Program-made: the position numbers and the translations under genes
In this document: positions 34,743 to 46,700 of the stretch, in pieces
Layout: the number at the start of each line of letters is the position of its first letter
Position numbering within the stretch: the stretch's first letter is position 1
Assembly: GCA_950097015.1 (NCBI GenBank)
Contig: CATNEN010000039.1
Location: 1,798,001-1,862,000 of the forward strand
Reading direction: 5' to 3'
Length of the DNA stretch: 64,000 nt
From: Macrostomum hystrix
Taxonomy: Eukaryota > Animalia > Platyhelminthes
The notes under the pieces: generated by a model
What the model saw: the letters and a program-made list of their open reading frames with translations, nothing else
Databases searched by the model: none
What the model was told of the DNA's origin: nothing

Positions 34743-37600
34743 CTATATAGATAGTGTCTAAAAGTGCGATAGTGCTGAACTTTATAAAATTTCCACAATA
34801 ACTTATCAAGAATTCACTAAAATTTTAATATGAAACAATTGTGATTATTTGACAATGTGGTTCTATGAGTTCTAAAAGCCAAAAAAACAAACAGTTCAAC
34901 AAAAAGCAGGAAAAGTGATCCACAAGAAAACTTAAAGCGTTTAATATTAATAAAGTTTAAAAACTAATTTTTTTGACACGCTAAGGCGACAAGGTGGAGC
35001 GTTTTATATTAACACTTAAGTAGCATAAATATCTTGAGCTTTTTAATTCATTCATTTTTGCCAGTCAACATTTTATCTAAAAATGCACTATCTGAGTAAC
35101 AAGAACTATCTGAGTAAACTAAGACAAAACCAACTAAACTAAGTAAACTCAGCAATTACATAGAAAACTAAACTTCATGTCGAAATTGAAATGTAGTATT
35201 GATTCTATCTACAATGGAGAATCAGCGCATTGTAACAATTAGGAGTTATATATGTTTATTTTAATATAAATTTACATTTTACCCCTGTGTTTTGCTGTTT
35301 AAGCTTTTATTTTTGGCTAAAGAAATAAGATTTGCTTTTCCCTGTGGCTCCGGATTTAATTTTAGACATGTACAGGGTACGGTGTCTTGATCATATGTAA
35401 CCGACCATGTGTTTTCCAGAACTCATGCACACGCGTCGACGACGGGCCATTGTAAATAGGCCTATCAAAAATTGGATTTTACAAGTTGTAGGGGCCTAAC
35501 TATGTAGACACTTTTTTCTCATGCTTTTTTTACTCGGGTAATTTTGAGCTTTTTACTTAACTTAGCATGTAGTTTCTTTTTTGCATGGATATAATAAGGT
35601 CTAGTAATTGGTTCTGACTTAAATGACTTATTTTCTGCACGCTTACTTGTACTGTAAAATTTATCTACTACATCTTTATACTATGGGGCCATATCTATGG
35701 TCATGTCAATGGTCAATTAAATATGGCTCTAGGACTAGCTAGGCCTTAGATTATCATTCTAGCTATGCTGCTTACGCTTTTGGCATGCTTTTTTATGCAT
35801 ACTGCGTAGCTAATTTATAATATCATCATTTACCCTCCATTTTTTTAATTACCAGACTTTATCACATAGATGTTAGGTTCCAATTTAATGTTTACATTTT
35901 AATGTTTACATTTTAACGATAATGATTCTTGATGGCTAGGCCTAAGTCACTATAAAGAACATTAAAACCTAGGCCCTAGGTCCCTACTGTTGGTTACAAC
36001 TAAAAAGCTTTGTGATGGCTTTATATAAAGGAGGACTTTGCAACACAGCCTAACATACTTATTTATCATATGTAGGCCTACATATAGCTAGTAGGCCTAC
36101 TAAAGTGTTGATATGTTGGTAAATACTTTACTTAAATCTTTTAAGAGTTGAGTTCTAAAACAAAAACTAAACAAGCAAAGAATGTTATGCAGCATGTTCC
36201 AGGAAATATCTGAACTAGGCCCTAATTTATACAGTTGCTATTAAAATGCTTGCTAGAAAATTCACACATTTTAAGTATAGTATAGGCCTAATACTGTGTC
36301 TGGCCTTCATCTTATATAGCTGACTAGCTAGTCTATAAATATTGACATGGCACTGAGTAGCTACAGGTAATTAGCAATCTATTTACTTCCTCTCTACCTA
36401 TTAAGGAGAAAGTAAATGCATAAAAAAGAAAAAGTTTGTCAGCTAACCAGGCCTATACATGTTTTATATTCATTTTTTAAATTGACATTTTATAAAAATA
36501 TTGTATAATGCAATATTACAGAACTAATGTTCAGCGTTGCTAAGTTTATAACATTAGGCCTACATTTTAAATTGCAAGAATTTCAATGCTAGCAAATACC
36601 CCACTTTAGCTGTCAGATTTTTCCCTTAGCCAATTCTCCACTAAGCTGATTATCCTCACAATTTGCAATTATCCCAATTCTGGCAAAATATCTTCTAATT
36701 GCCTTACTATCTTTTCAAGTTGCTACAGTCCATCTAGGTAATTATTAAAAAGCTTTCTTTGTATACCTTGTGGCAGCTAGATCTGGCATAGCTGACTAGC
36801 GCCAATATAGCTACAATCAAACATAATTCAAGGTTTGACTCCTATTTAAGTCCTGGAGTCCCCAAAAGATGGTATTATCTATGGCATATTTTATGTAAAC
36901 CTCACATCTGGCCATATTGTGTTATTTTGCTATTTAATATATAATTAATAAAAAATAGCTAGTTTTATTGTACAGTTGCTCTTAGCATTGTGTCATTCCA
37001 TGTTACTAAAGCATATAAATAAAAGCTATCTGAATAGAAAGGAAGGATAAAGATTAAGATTAACAGATAAAGACCATGCAATAGTATTATATAGTATCAT
37101 ACAAGTGCAACCTCCCAAATCTTAGCCAGCCGTGTGATTTAGTTTTTGCTCTATTTATGACTTAGTTTGCTCTCATTTGCTCTCTTTTTCTCTCCCCTTT
37201 TTCCTTTTCTTCACGCCTTCCTTTTTTGTCCCTTGGTCCCCCTTTGATTTTTTTGCGCTTGGTCGATTGGTTTTTGCAACTTACCTTGCTTGGCCCTCGT
37301 TTCACCTGGCCAGTTCGGCTGGGTCGGCCGGGTGTTGCGCATGTATGTATAGTATCCTCTACAATATTTAAGTAGGGTGTATTTTATCATCCTCATATTA
37401 AAATAATTAATCCTTATGGAAAGTACCAAAAGTATTGCTCTGTGCTGTGCTGACTGCTTAAAAATAAACAGCTTAAGAAAACAACAAAGTCTTTTTGCTG
37501 ACACTCACAAGCTGCTGTGTAAGTACTTAATACCTAATGAACTACTGCATTCATTATACAGTTTACTATGCTGTTCTCAAACATATTTACTCTTGCAGCA

Positions 37601-39429
37601 ATGACTGCAGACCTCAGAGAGCAGGTGCTGCTATTCCTAGACTTCATGTCCAAGTATGCCCACGTTGACCTTCAACTGCTCACTCTGCGCCAGCTCATTG
37701 CTCAGTTTGAGAAGGAGACTGACGCTCTCCTTGATAGGCGCGAGAGGCGCCTGTTTGCCGACCTCACTGTGGCCTTCGTGGCTAAGCGACGAGATGCCGC
37801 CGCAGCAGCCGCCAAGGTTAACATTTTAAGATTTGCATTTGCTTAAATGTGGTTAATCACTGATACTCAGGGTCCCGACCCAAGTAATTCAGGGTCTATT
37901 CTCGTCAATACTTCAAGCTTAATTCCCTAATACTTCACGGCCACTTGTTCAAAACTTTGTCCTTTGTTCAGTGCCTTTGTCCAAATCTTTAGGATCACTT
38001 GTCCAAGACTCCTCAAACTCATTGCGCTTAAGTTGAAATTCATATCTTATATTCTCCTTGCCGACTTCGCCAGCAGGGTCCCACAATCTCCCCATCAACA
38101 ATGGCCGGCAGTTCCGCTGTATCTCCCAGCGTCTCCGCGCCATCTCCGGTAGTTGCTAAGCGCCTGGTATCCCTGGCCTCGGCCTCGCCGGCCGGATCCG
38201 AGTGCAGCCAGATGTCCCTGGACGGCATCGCCGGCTTGGTGCGCCAGTCGGGAGCTCGGCTGCTGCCAGCAGCGGTGTCACTGACGCCCGTCAAGTCTTT
38301 GCATCAGTCCCAGCAGCAGCAGCACCACCAGGTGCCTGCATCGTCTACTTCGACTATTCGAGTTCCTGTAACAAGTTCTGGTTCGGGCCAGATGCAGCAA
38401 CAGGTAAATTTAGCCATTCAAACACTTGAAGGGGCGTTTTTTATGTGTAATCGTTTTTTCTAATCCAACGAAGTAAAGTCAAATTACAATCCACGTCTTA
38501 ATTATACCACTTCAAGTTATTTGCTACTTAGCAGTAGGGCTGCGGGCAATGGCGCGTCATTTGGTGACACTAGACCCGCAGCCAGCGAGGAGGCAACTCT
38601 GCCCATTTTGCTGACTCCTGAGCACACACGCACACAGATACTGTACGCAGGCACACGCTCACACAGGTGTGTACATCTGCCCTGACTTTCTCATCGTCAG
38701 GCAGTGTACTCCCTCACTGTGCGTAAATAAAAAATTAATAGGGGGTAAATTTCACGACAAGCTCCTAAGACTTCTCTTCGCGGCTGCGCCCCAAATGAAT
38801 GTGGCCTCGCCGCGGAATCGAATCGGGCCCTTGGTACGAGATGCAAACGCGTTTGGCGCTCTGCCTCTCACCCCTAATGTGCTTAGTTTTTTTGTGGATT
38901 TCAAGGATTTTTCTTAACACAAAGAAAACTGAGTAAAATTAACTTTACTGATTAATTTAACCGGCTAATATTATTCGATTCATAGGTAAACGCTTACGAA
39001 TAATACATTAATTGACCTTTTCAGATTCTTCACATACAGTTTCAAAGGCTTCCATCGGACGATCAGACAGTCGATTCCACCGCCGCTATCGCCATGGAAA
39101 CCGTGCCATCTTCGGCCTTTACAGCCTCCAAGCATCGTCAGGCAGATGGAGAAGTGGAATCGAACTCACGATCTCATCCGCCGCTTGCGCCAGTCTCCGA
39201 AGACGAGGATAGGCGCGCCCTGAGCAGCCGCTTCTCAGACCTGCTGCGCGTGCACAAAGAGTCCGGCCTGGAATTTCCCAAGCGAGAGCTGGCGGCTGCG
39301 GCTGATCTGACTGAGAAAGTGTCCATCCTGGAGCACTGGCTGCTCGGCCGCGGCCTGCCCTGGCCGCTGACGCTGGAGAGTGCCCGACTGTTCGCGCAGG
39401 CCAACCGGATTGTCGCCACCAATGATTGA
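37601..39429 (+). CDS. HIRIP3-like protein (N-terminal DEK-C-like helical domain, C-terminal HIRIP3-like domain)
   Basis: Exons 37601-37816, 38074(or 38077)-38403, 39025-39429, all phase 0. VDLQLLTLRQLIAQFEKE..LDRRERRLF and EKVSILEHWLLGRGLPWPLTLESAR resemble, from memory, the two conserved HIRIP3 blocks. Confidence 0.6.
38531..38874 (-). mobile_element. tRNA-headed SINE, family A (intronic)
   Basis: Near full-length reverse-complement match to 25072-25394. Confidence 0.8.
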
Positions 39430-40302
39430 TTGAGGCTGGTATTTCTTGGAGTCGGTGGCCGCTGGGGTAATTGGGTTTGAGTGTGGCGTCTCGCGTCTCC
39501 CCAGTCCGTAGACTCAACAGCTGTGCGCATGCTGTCGGCTGCACATCTGGCACTATAAGGGCATGTGAAAAAGATCATTACAATTTTGTTATAATATGCC
39601 AGGCGCCTAGCCTAATTGTGCTAGATTAACAGCCAGTGTACAGCCAAAGCACTGCGCGTTGCTTCCAAACGCTGTGTACAGCCTTTTAAGCCCATGGACA
39701 GGCTACCAGCTCGTGCTTCAAGTTTGATATGGACTCAGCGATTATCTATGTACAGGTCGTAACTCCCGATCAACTGTTAAAATGGCAAACACTGAAAAGT
39801 AGATTCAGTGTGTTGTGAGAGGACTGACTTAGTTCCATGCATATACTCATTGTTTGAGAATAATGATTGATTAACTTATGGTAGCTAATTTACTCTAAAT
39901 ATGTTTTGCAGTTATTTTATTTCGGCAGTTTATATTCTGTGTAATGTCTTCATCTCATAATAATTGATTATCTATCATTTCTTCGAGTACAATATTATGT
40001 AACTTTTGCTGAAGTACTATTAAAGTTAGATGTTGACTTTAAAATATACCGTTATTTGCCTAAAATGCGAAGCATTTACAAACCAAATTCTGTTGTGAAA
40101 GGTTTTTATTTTGTTTTCAAGGCTAGCTACTAGCACAAGTTGTTGGAGTTTCTGACCGAGATGTCGGGAGTTCGTTTTGAGTTCCTCCTGGCAGTAGTCT
40201 CTGCTTTAGAAGTTTTCTGAATTTCTCATTCTCATGCCTAATTGGGAATATCCTTATCTGCTGTTTCCAGCCGGATCCGATTATCTCGCCGAGTTGATCA
40301 CA

Positions 40303-40653
40303 ATGTCAACGGGTTCAGCACAATCAGGAGGAGACAGCGGCCGCCTTCAGGTGTTGAAATGGGACCCAGCAGCCGATGGCCCTCTATCGGTTGAGTCCAT
40401 GCAGCAGAAACTGCGTGCTCTAGGCTACTTAACCTGCCGGTACACATTCGGACCGGGCACTGAGTTCCCGGACCACACTCACCCGACTGAAAAGATGGAC
40501 GCCATCGTGTCTGGTAGCTTTCTGTTCCGGATGCACGGCCAGGAGGCTGTGCTGCAGGCTGGAGACAGGGTCCTGGTGCCACGGGACACAGTCCACTATG
40601 CTGCGGTTGTCGGCACCCAGGATGTTGTGTTCCTCGACGGCACCAAGCACTAG
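40303..40653 (+). CDS. Single-domain cupin protein (116 aa)
   Basis: Motif 1 FPDHTHPTEKMDAIVSG and motif 2 GDRVLVPRDTVH; intronless CDS; acceptor-like CTGTTTCCAG ends at 40270. Confidence 0.88.
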   Translation: MSTGSAQSGGDSGRLQVLKWDPAADGPLSVESMQQKLRALGYLTCRYTFGPGTEFPDHTHPTEKMDAIVSGSFLFRMHGQEAVLQAGDRVLVPRDTVHYAAVVGTQDVVFLDGTKH

Positions 40654-40699
40654 CTGCTCACCGCATGAATGCTATCTGAGTATGTTTACTCACCTACAC

Positions 40700-40962
40700 T
40701 GCCTCACTCCCTGCCTGTCCCATCTGACTCACTCCCTGCCTGTCACATCTGACTCACTCCCTGCCTGTCCCATCTGACTCACTCCCTGCCTGTCACATCT
40801 GACTCACTCCCTGCCTGTCCCATCCGACTCACTCCCTGCCTGTCACATCTGACTCACTCCCAGCCTGTCCCATCTGACTCACTCCCTGCCTGTCCCATCT
40901 GACTCACTCCCTGCTTATCCCATCTGACTCACTCCCTGACTGTCCCATCTGACCTACTCCCA
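40700..40962. repeat. 25-bp minisatellite (CTGACTCACTCCCTGCCTGTCCCAT)
   Basis: About 10 copies. Confidence 0.9.
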
Positions 40963-40965
40963 CTG

Positions 40966-42262
40966 CCTGAGTGGCCGCTGCCGCACGAACTGTACATCGA
41001 CCTGGTGCGCGGTGACGACAATGCCCTGCTCTCCTCCGCCATCAGTAGAGGCCGCAGCGGCGTCAGTCAGCCGGAGGAGCGACCTCGCGGGCCATTCTTG
41101 TGTCGCCACTGCTAGCTGCCTGTCACCAGCAAAGCAGCCCTACAGTGCTAATCTTCGATCACGTGACCACTTGGCCCCGGAGAGTGACGAGAACCGGTCC
41201 CTGTCGCGGTCGTCTGTGCCGGGCGTCAACTACTGCGCCGAGCGCCGCGTGGTTGTTCGCGAACACCGCGGCGACATGGCGCTGCACCGAGCCACCGGCG
41301 GTCACTGCCGGTCTGGCCAGCATTCTCGGCCTGCTGGATCCGCCGCCTCCTTGGAGACCTGAAGTTTCGGCTGGGACCCTGCCAACCAATTGCAAACCAG
41401 GACTCGTTCCGTTCTCCAATCAGAAGCCGTCTGTTGCCGCGTTTTCGTCAGGAAGTGGCATCAGCGGTAGCCAGGCAGACTTGAAGAATAGAGCCAGCTC
41501 TCTGACGGTGAGTTTCATGGTCAGCTCCACTAGCCAAGTCACCCAAATACCTGACTCTTTCAGCTTACTAGAATCATAGCAGCTCTTACTCACACAGAAC
41601 CAGCAGCAGCAGCTCAAGAAGCAACTCAAGTGCAACCTCTGCGACTGCGTGCTCGCCTCCTTGGAGTCCGCTCTGCGGCACATTCGCAAGCACAAGACCA
41701 CCCGGCAAGGCACCAACGAGAGTGAGTCTGCTGCCTCACATACCCACTCCCAGCCATCACATGCCCACTTCCAGCCATCACATGCCCACTCCCAGCCATC
41801 ACATGCCCACTCCCAGCCATCACATGCCCACTCCCAGCCATCACATATCCACTCCCAGCCATCACATACCCACTCCCAGCCATCACATACCCACTCCCAG
41901 CCATCACATGCCCACTCCCAGCCATCACATATCCACTCCCAGCCATCACATACCCACTCCCAGCCATCACATGCCCACTCCCAGCCATCACATACCCACT
42001 CCCAGCCATCACATACCCACTCCCAGCCATCACATACCCACTCCCAGCCATCACATACCCACTCCCAGCCATCACATGCACACTCTCAGCCATTTGCTGT
42101 CCCACCCGCAGCCCGTGTGATCAAACTGGCCAGGCAGCGGCCGCTGCAGTCCTCAGTGTGCAGCGTGTCGATGTCTGCCAAAATATGCGCCAGATAATCA
42201 ACGGACGCAAGCATAACAAAAATCTGCGGCTGGTGGACAAGCTGGCTAAGAGGATTAGGTGA
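40966..42262 (+). pseudogene. Decayed multi-zinc-finger gene (C2H2/matrin-type fingers)
   Basis: Finger-like segments FLCRHC*LPVTSKAALQC/LRSRDH, YCAERRV..LHRATGGH, LKCNLCDCVLASLESALRHIRKH, LQSSVCSV../NGRKHNKNL. In-frame TAG at 41113-41115, frameshifts, lost Cys residues, no start codon found. Confidence 0.6.
41735..42092. repeat. 21-bp minisatellite (CCCACTCCCAGCCATCACATA)
   Basis: Tandem units between a GTGAGT donor (~41722) and a CCCGCAG acceptor (~42111). Confidence 0.92.
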
Positions 42263-42289
42263 CTAGCTGGATTTAATGTGTTACTGAGT

Positions 42290-42440
42290 TGAGTCTGTTG
42301 TGTTTCTGAGTCTGTTGTGTTTCTGAGTCTGTTGTGTTTCTGAGTCTGTTGTGTTTCTGAGTCTGTTGTGTTTCTGAGTCTGTTGTGTTTCTGAGTCTGT
42401 TGTTTTTCTGAGTCTGTTGTGTTTCTGAGTCTGTTGTGTT
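42290..42440. repeat. 17-bp minisatellite (CTGAGTCTGTTGTGTTT)
   Basis: About 9 copies. Confidence 0.9.
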
Positions 42441-42869
42441 TTTTATCTGATATTTTCAGTTTATATAATATTTTCTGGGGATTAGTTATTATTTTCTTGT
42501 CTCTAATTTAATGTGCATTAACATATAGTATACGTTTATATTATATAAATTATAGTATATAGTATATGTATGCTTTAATTTTTGCAATTGCTATCGGTAG
42601 GTTTTGTAGTTTTCGTTTTTTGCCTGAAACACTTGATATTTCGTCGAACCTGAAGTACCATCAGCTGGTTAATTTTTTGAAAAAACTGTTGTTTTAATCC
42701 CGGATTTAAAACACACCCAAAACTTTGAAATTTATGTATACCTAAATATAGCAGTTGTTGGTTAGTGCATGGTTTGTACTTTTGTAGTAGACAATGACTT
42801 AATGTTATCATTTTTTAAGTCATGCTTTTGTTTAGCTTTAAGTCAACAAACTAATAATACAGGACTGTA

Positions 42870-43657
42870 AACAGTCTGGTAATTAATACAGCATCTGTAA
42901 GCATTCTGGTAGCAATACAGCACCTGTAAGCATTCTGGTAAACAATACAGCATCTGTAAGCAGTCTGGTAAACAATACAGCATCTGTAAGCAGTCTAATA
43001 AACAATACAGCATCTGTAAGCAGTCTGGTAAACAATACAACATCTGTAAGCATTCTGGTAAACAATACAGCATCTGTAAGCAATCTAATAAACAATACAG
43101 CATCTGTAAGCAGTCTGGTAAACAATACAGCATCTGTAAGCAGTCTGGTAAACAATACAGCATCTGTAAGCAGTCTGGTAAACAATACAGCATCTGTAAG
43201 CATTCTGGTAAACAATACAGCATCTGTAAGCAATCTAATAAACAATACAGCATCTGTAAGCAGTCTGGTAAACAATACAGCATCTGTAAGCAGTCTGGTA
43301 AACAATACAGCATCTGTAAGCAGTCTGGTAAACAATACAGCATCTGAAGCATTCTGGTAAACAATACAGCATCTGTAAGCAGTCTGGTAAACAATACAGC
43401 ATCTGTAAGCAGTCTGGTAAACAATACAGCATCTGTAAGCAGTCTGGTAAACAATACAGCATCTGAAGCAGTCTGGTAAACAATACAGCATCTGAAGCAG
43501 TCTGGTAAACAATACAGCATATGTAAGCATTCTGGTAAACAATACAGCATCTGTAAGCAGTCTGGTAAACAATACAGCATCTGTAAGCAGTCTGGTAAAC
43601 AATACAGCATCTGTAAGCAGTCTGGTAAACAATACAGCATCTGTAAGCAGTCTGGTA
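42870..43657. repeat. 30-bp minisatellite (CATCTGTAAGCAGTCTGGTAAACAATACAG)
   Basis: About 26 copies ending ~70 nt before the CDC23 ATG. Confidence 0.95.
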
Positions 43658-43724
43658 GGCGTAAAATCTTCCTTCGTCGCAATCCTCACCGCAAAATCTC
43701 TTCAATTTTCAGTTGATCGGTTAG

Positions 43725-46700
43725 ATGATGGACACGGATTTGAAACCGCCTCAGATGCAGCAGCCAAAATGCCAGCATCAGCCATTAGCGCCGCCAACTG
43801 CGCGCCAAGCTCTGGAAGATGTCAGCCGTATACTGCCGCAGTGCCAGATGCGTGGACTAAATGCCTCAGCCTCCTGGCTAGCTGAAATTATCGACTGCCT
43901 CGTACCCAGAGGCGGCGCCGACTGCTCAGCCCAGTTTGCCTGCGAGCTCATTCTCAGCCTAGGGGCGTCCGGCTACTCAGCCTACTGCCTGGCCAAGTCC
44001 TACTTCGATCGGGGCGAATTTCTGCGGGCCTGTGCGCACGCTAAAAAGTTTGTTAACGGCTCGCAGGCCGCCCACCCGCTCGTGTACTTTCTGTACCTGT
44101 ACGCCAAGTACCGCGCCACCGAGAAGCGTAGATTAGACGACGAATCCGAACTGCGCTGGCTTCAACAACAGCAGTCGCAGCAGCAGCAGTCTCAACAGCA
44201 GCAGTCTCAGCAGCAACAATCGCAGCAGCCACAGCAGCAGCAGCAGCAGCAGCAGCAGTCATCGGTTGTAGGCGGCGCCTCTGGGCTTGGAGGTTCTCGA
44301 AGTGCCGTTGTCCAGAATGATCTCATTGAGGTGAAAACAGAGTTCCTTTGCATATTTTAATCTGAGGAATGAGGAATGGCAACAACTGTCTCGTTTTTGC
44401 TATTCAGTCTGCCACCCAGTAAGATGAATTAAAAACTCGCTTCACAAACCCAACTCTCCATGTAAAGCAGAAGCCCTCACTAACTCCACTCCCGATGTAC
44501 AGCTCAAGCCGTCACCCACCCCACTCCCGATGTACAGCAGAAGCCCTCACTAACTCCAATCCCGATGTACAGCTCAAGCCGTCACCCACCCCACTCCCGA
44601 TGTACAGCAGAAGCCCTCACTAACTCCAATCCCGATGTACAGCTCAAGCCGTCACCCACCCCACTCCCGATGTACATCACAAGCCCTCACCCACCAAATC
44701 ACCAGATTTACAGCACAACCCCTCACCCACCAAATTACCAAATTTACAGCACAAGCCCTCACCCACCCCACTCCCGATGTACATCACAAGCCCTCACCCA
44801 CCAAATCACCAGATTTACAGCACAAGCCCTCACCCACCAAATCACCAGATTTACAGCACAAGCCCTCACCCACCAAATCACCAGATTTACAGCACAAGCC
44901 CTCACCCACCAAATCACCAGATTTACAGCACAAGCCCTCACCCACCAAATCACCAGATTTACAGCACAAGCCCTCACCCACCAAATCACCAGATTTACAG
45001 CACAAGCCCTCACCCACCAAATTACCAGATTTACAACACAAGACCTCACCCACCAAATCACCAGATTTACAGCACAAGCCCTCACCCACCAAATCACCAG
45101 ATTTACAGCACAAGCCCTCACCCACCAAATCACCAGATTTACAGCACAAGCCCTCACCCACCAAATTACCAGATTTACAACACAAGACCTCACCCACCAA
45201 ATCACCAGATTTACAGCACAAGCCCTCACCCACCAAATTACCAGATTTACAACACAAGCCCTCACCAATCCCATCCGCCGATACCCTGCCCCACTAGATA
45301 AAGCGCGAATTGGAACTGCGCATTCGTCGCCCAGGCGGTCCTGGCCTGGACGCCTACTGCTACTACCTGTACGCCCTGGTGCTGAAGTCGCTGGGCTATG
45401 CTGATCAGGCCGCTGCCGCCCTGACCGCCTCGCTGCGCCAGGAGCCGGCGCTGTGGCCCGCCTGGTCGATGCTGGCCGACTTGGTGCGCAGTCGGCAGGA
45501 GCTGGAGGGCCTGACTCTGCCGCGCCACTGGATGCGCCTTTTCTTCCTGGTGGCTGCCTACGCCAGGCTGCACGAGAGTAGCAAGGCCGAGTCGCTGCTG
45601 ATTGAGCTCACCGGCGCTAACGGTGGCTGCCTGTCATCCAGCATCTACCTGCTGCGGCATATGGGCATTGTGAAGGACCAGCAGAGAGCCATGGGCGACG
45701 CTAAAATTCTTTTTAAACAGCTTTTCGAATCCGATGGGTGAGATTCTGTGTAGATGATGGGTGAGATTCTGTGTAGATGATGGGTGAGATTCTGTGTAGA
45801 TGATGGCTGAGAATCTGTGTAGATGATGGGTGAGATTCTGTGCAGATGATGGGTGAGAATCTGTGTAGATGATGGGTGAGATTCTTTTTAGATGAATGGG
45901 TGAGATTCTGTGTAGATGATGGCTGAGAATCTGTGTAGATGATGGGTGAGATTCTTTTTAGATAAATGGGTGAGATTCTGTGCAGATGATGGGTGAGATT
46001 CTGTGTAGATAATGGGTGAGATTCTGTGTAGATTATGGGTGAGATTCTTTTTAGATGAATGGGTGAGATTCTGTGCAGATGATGGGTGAGATTCTGTGTA
46101 GATGATGGGTGAGATTCTGTGTAGATGATGGGTGAGATTCTGTGTAGATGATGGGGGAGATTCTGTGCAGATGATGGGTGAGATTCTGTGTAGATGATGG
46201 ATGAGATTCTGTGTAGATGATGAGTGAGATTCTTATTAGATGAATGGGTGAGATTCTGTGCAGATGATGGGTGAGATTCTGTGTAGATGATAGGTGAGAT
46301 TCTTATTAGATGAATGGGTGGATTCTTATTAGATGAATGGGTGAGATTCTGTGTAGATCATGGGTGAGATTCTGTGTAGATGATGGGTGAGATTCTGTGT
46401 AGATGATGGATGAGATTCTTATTAGATGAATGGGTGAGATTCTGTGTAGATGATGGGTGAGATTCTGTGTAGATGATGGGTGAGATTCTGTGCAGATGAT
46501 GGGTGAGATTCTGTGTAGATGATGGGAACTTAAAAAAGTTCCCTGTTGCCAATGCTTTATTTACACTGTCAGGTTCGCGCTAGACGCTGCCGACATTTAC
46601 TCGAACATTCTCTACGTGGACAACAATCACTCGCTCATGGCCGCCCTGGCCCACCAGTGCGTCCTGGTGGACAAGTACCGGCCCGAGACCTGCTGCGTGG

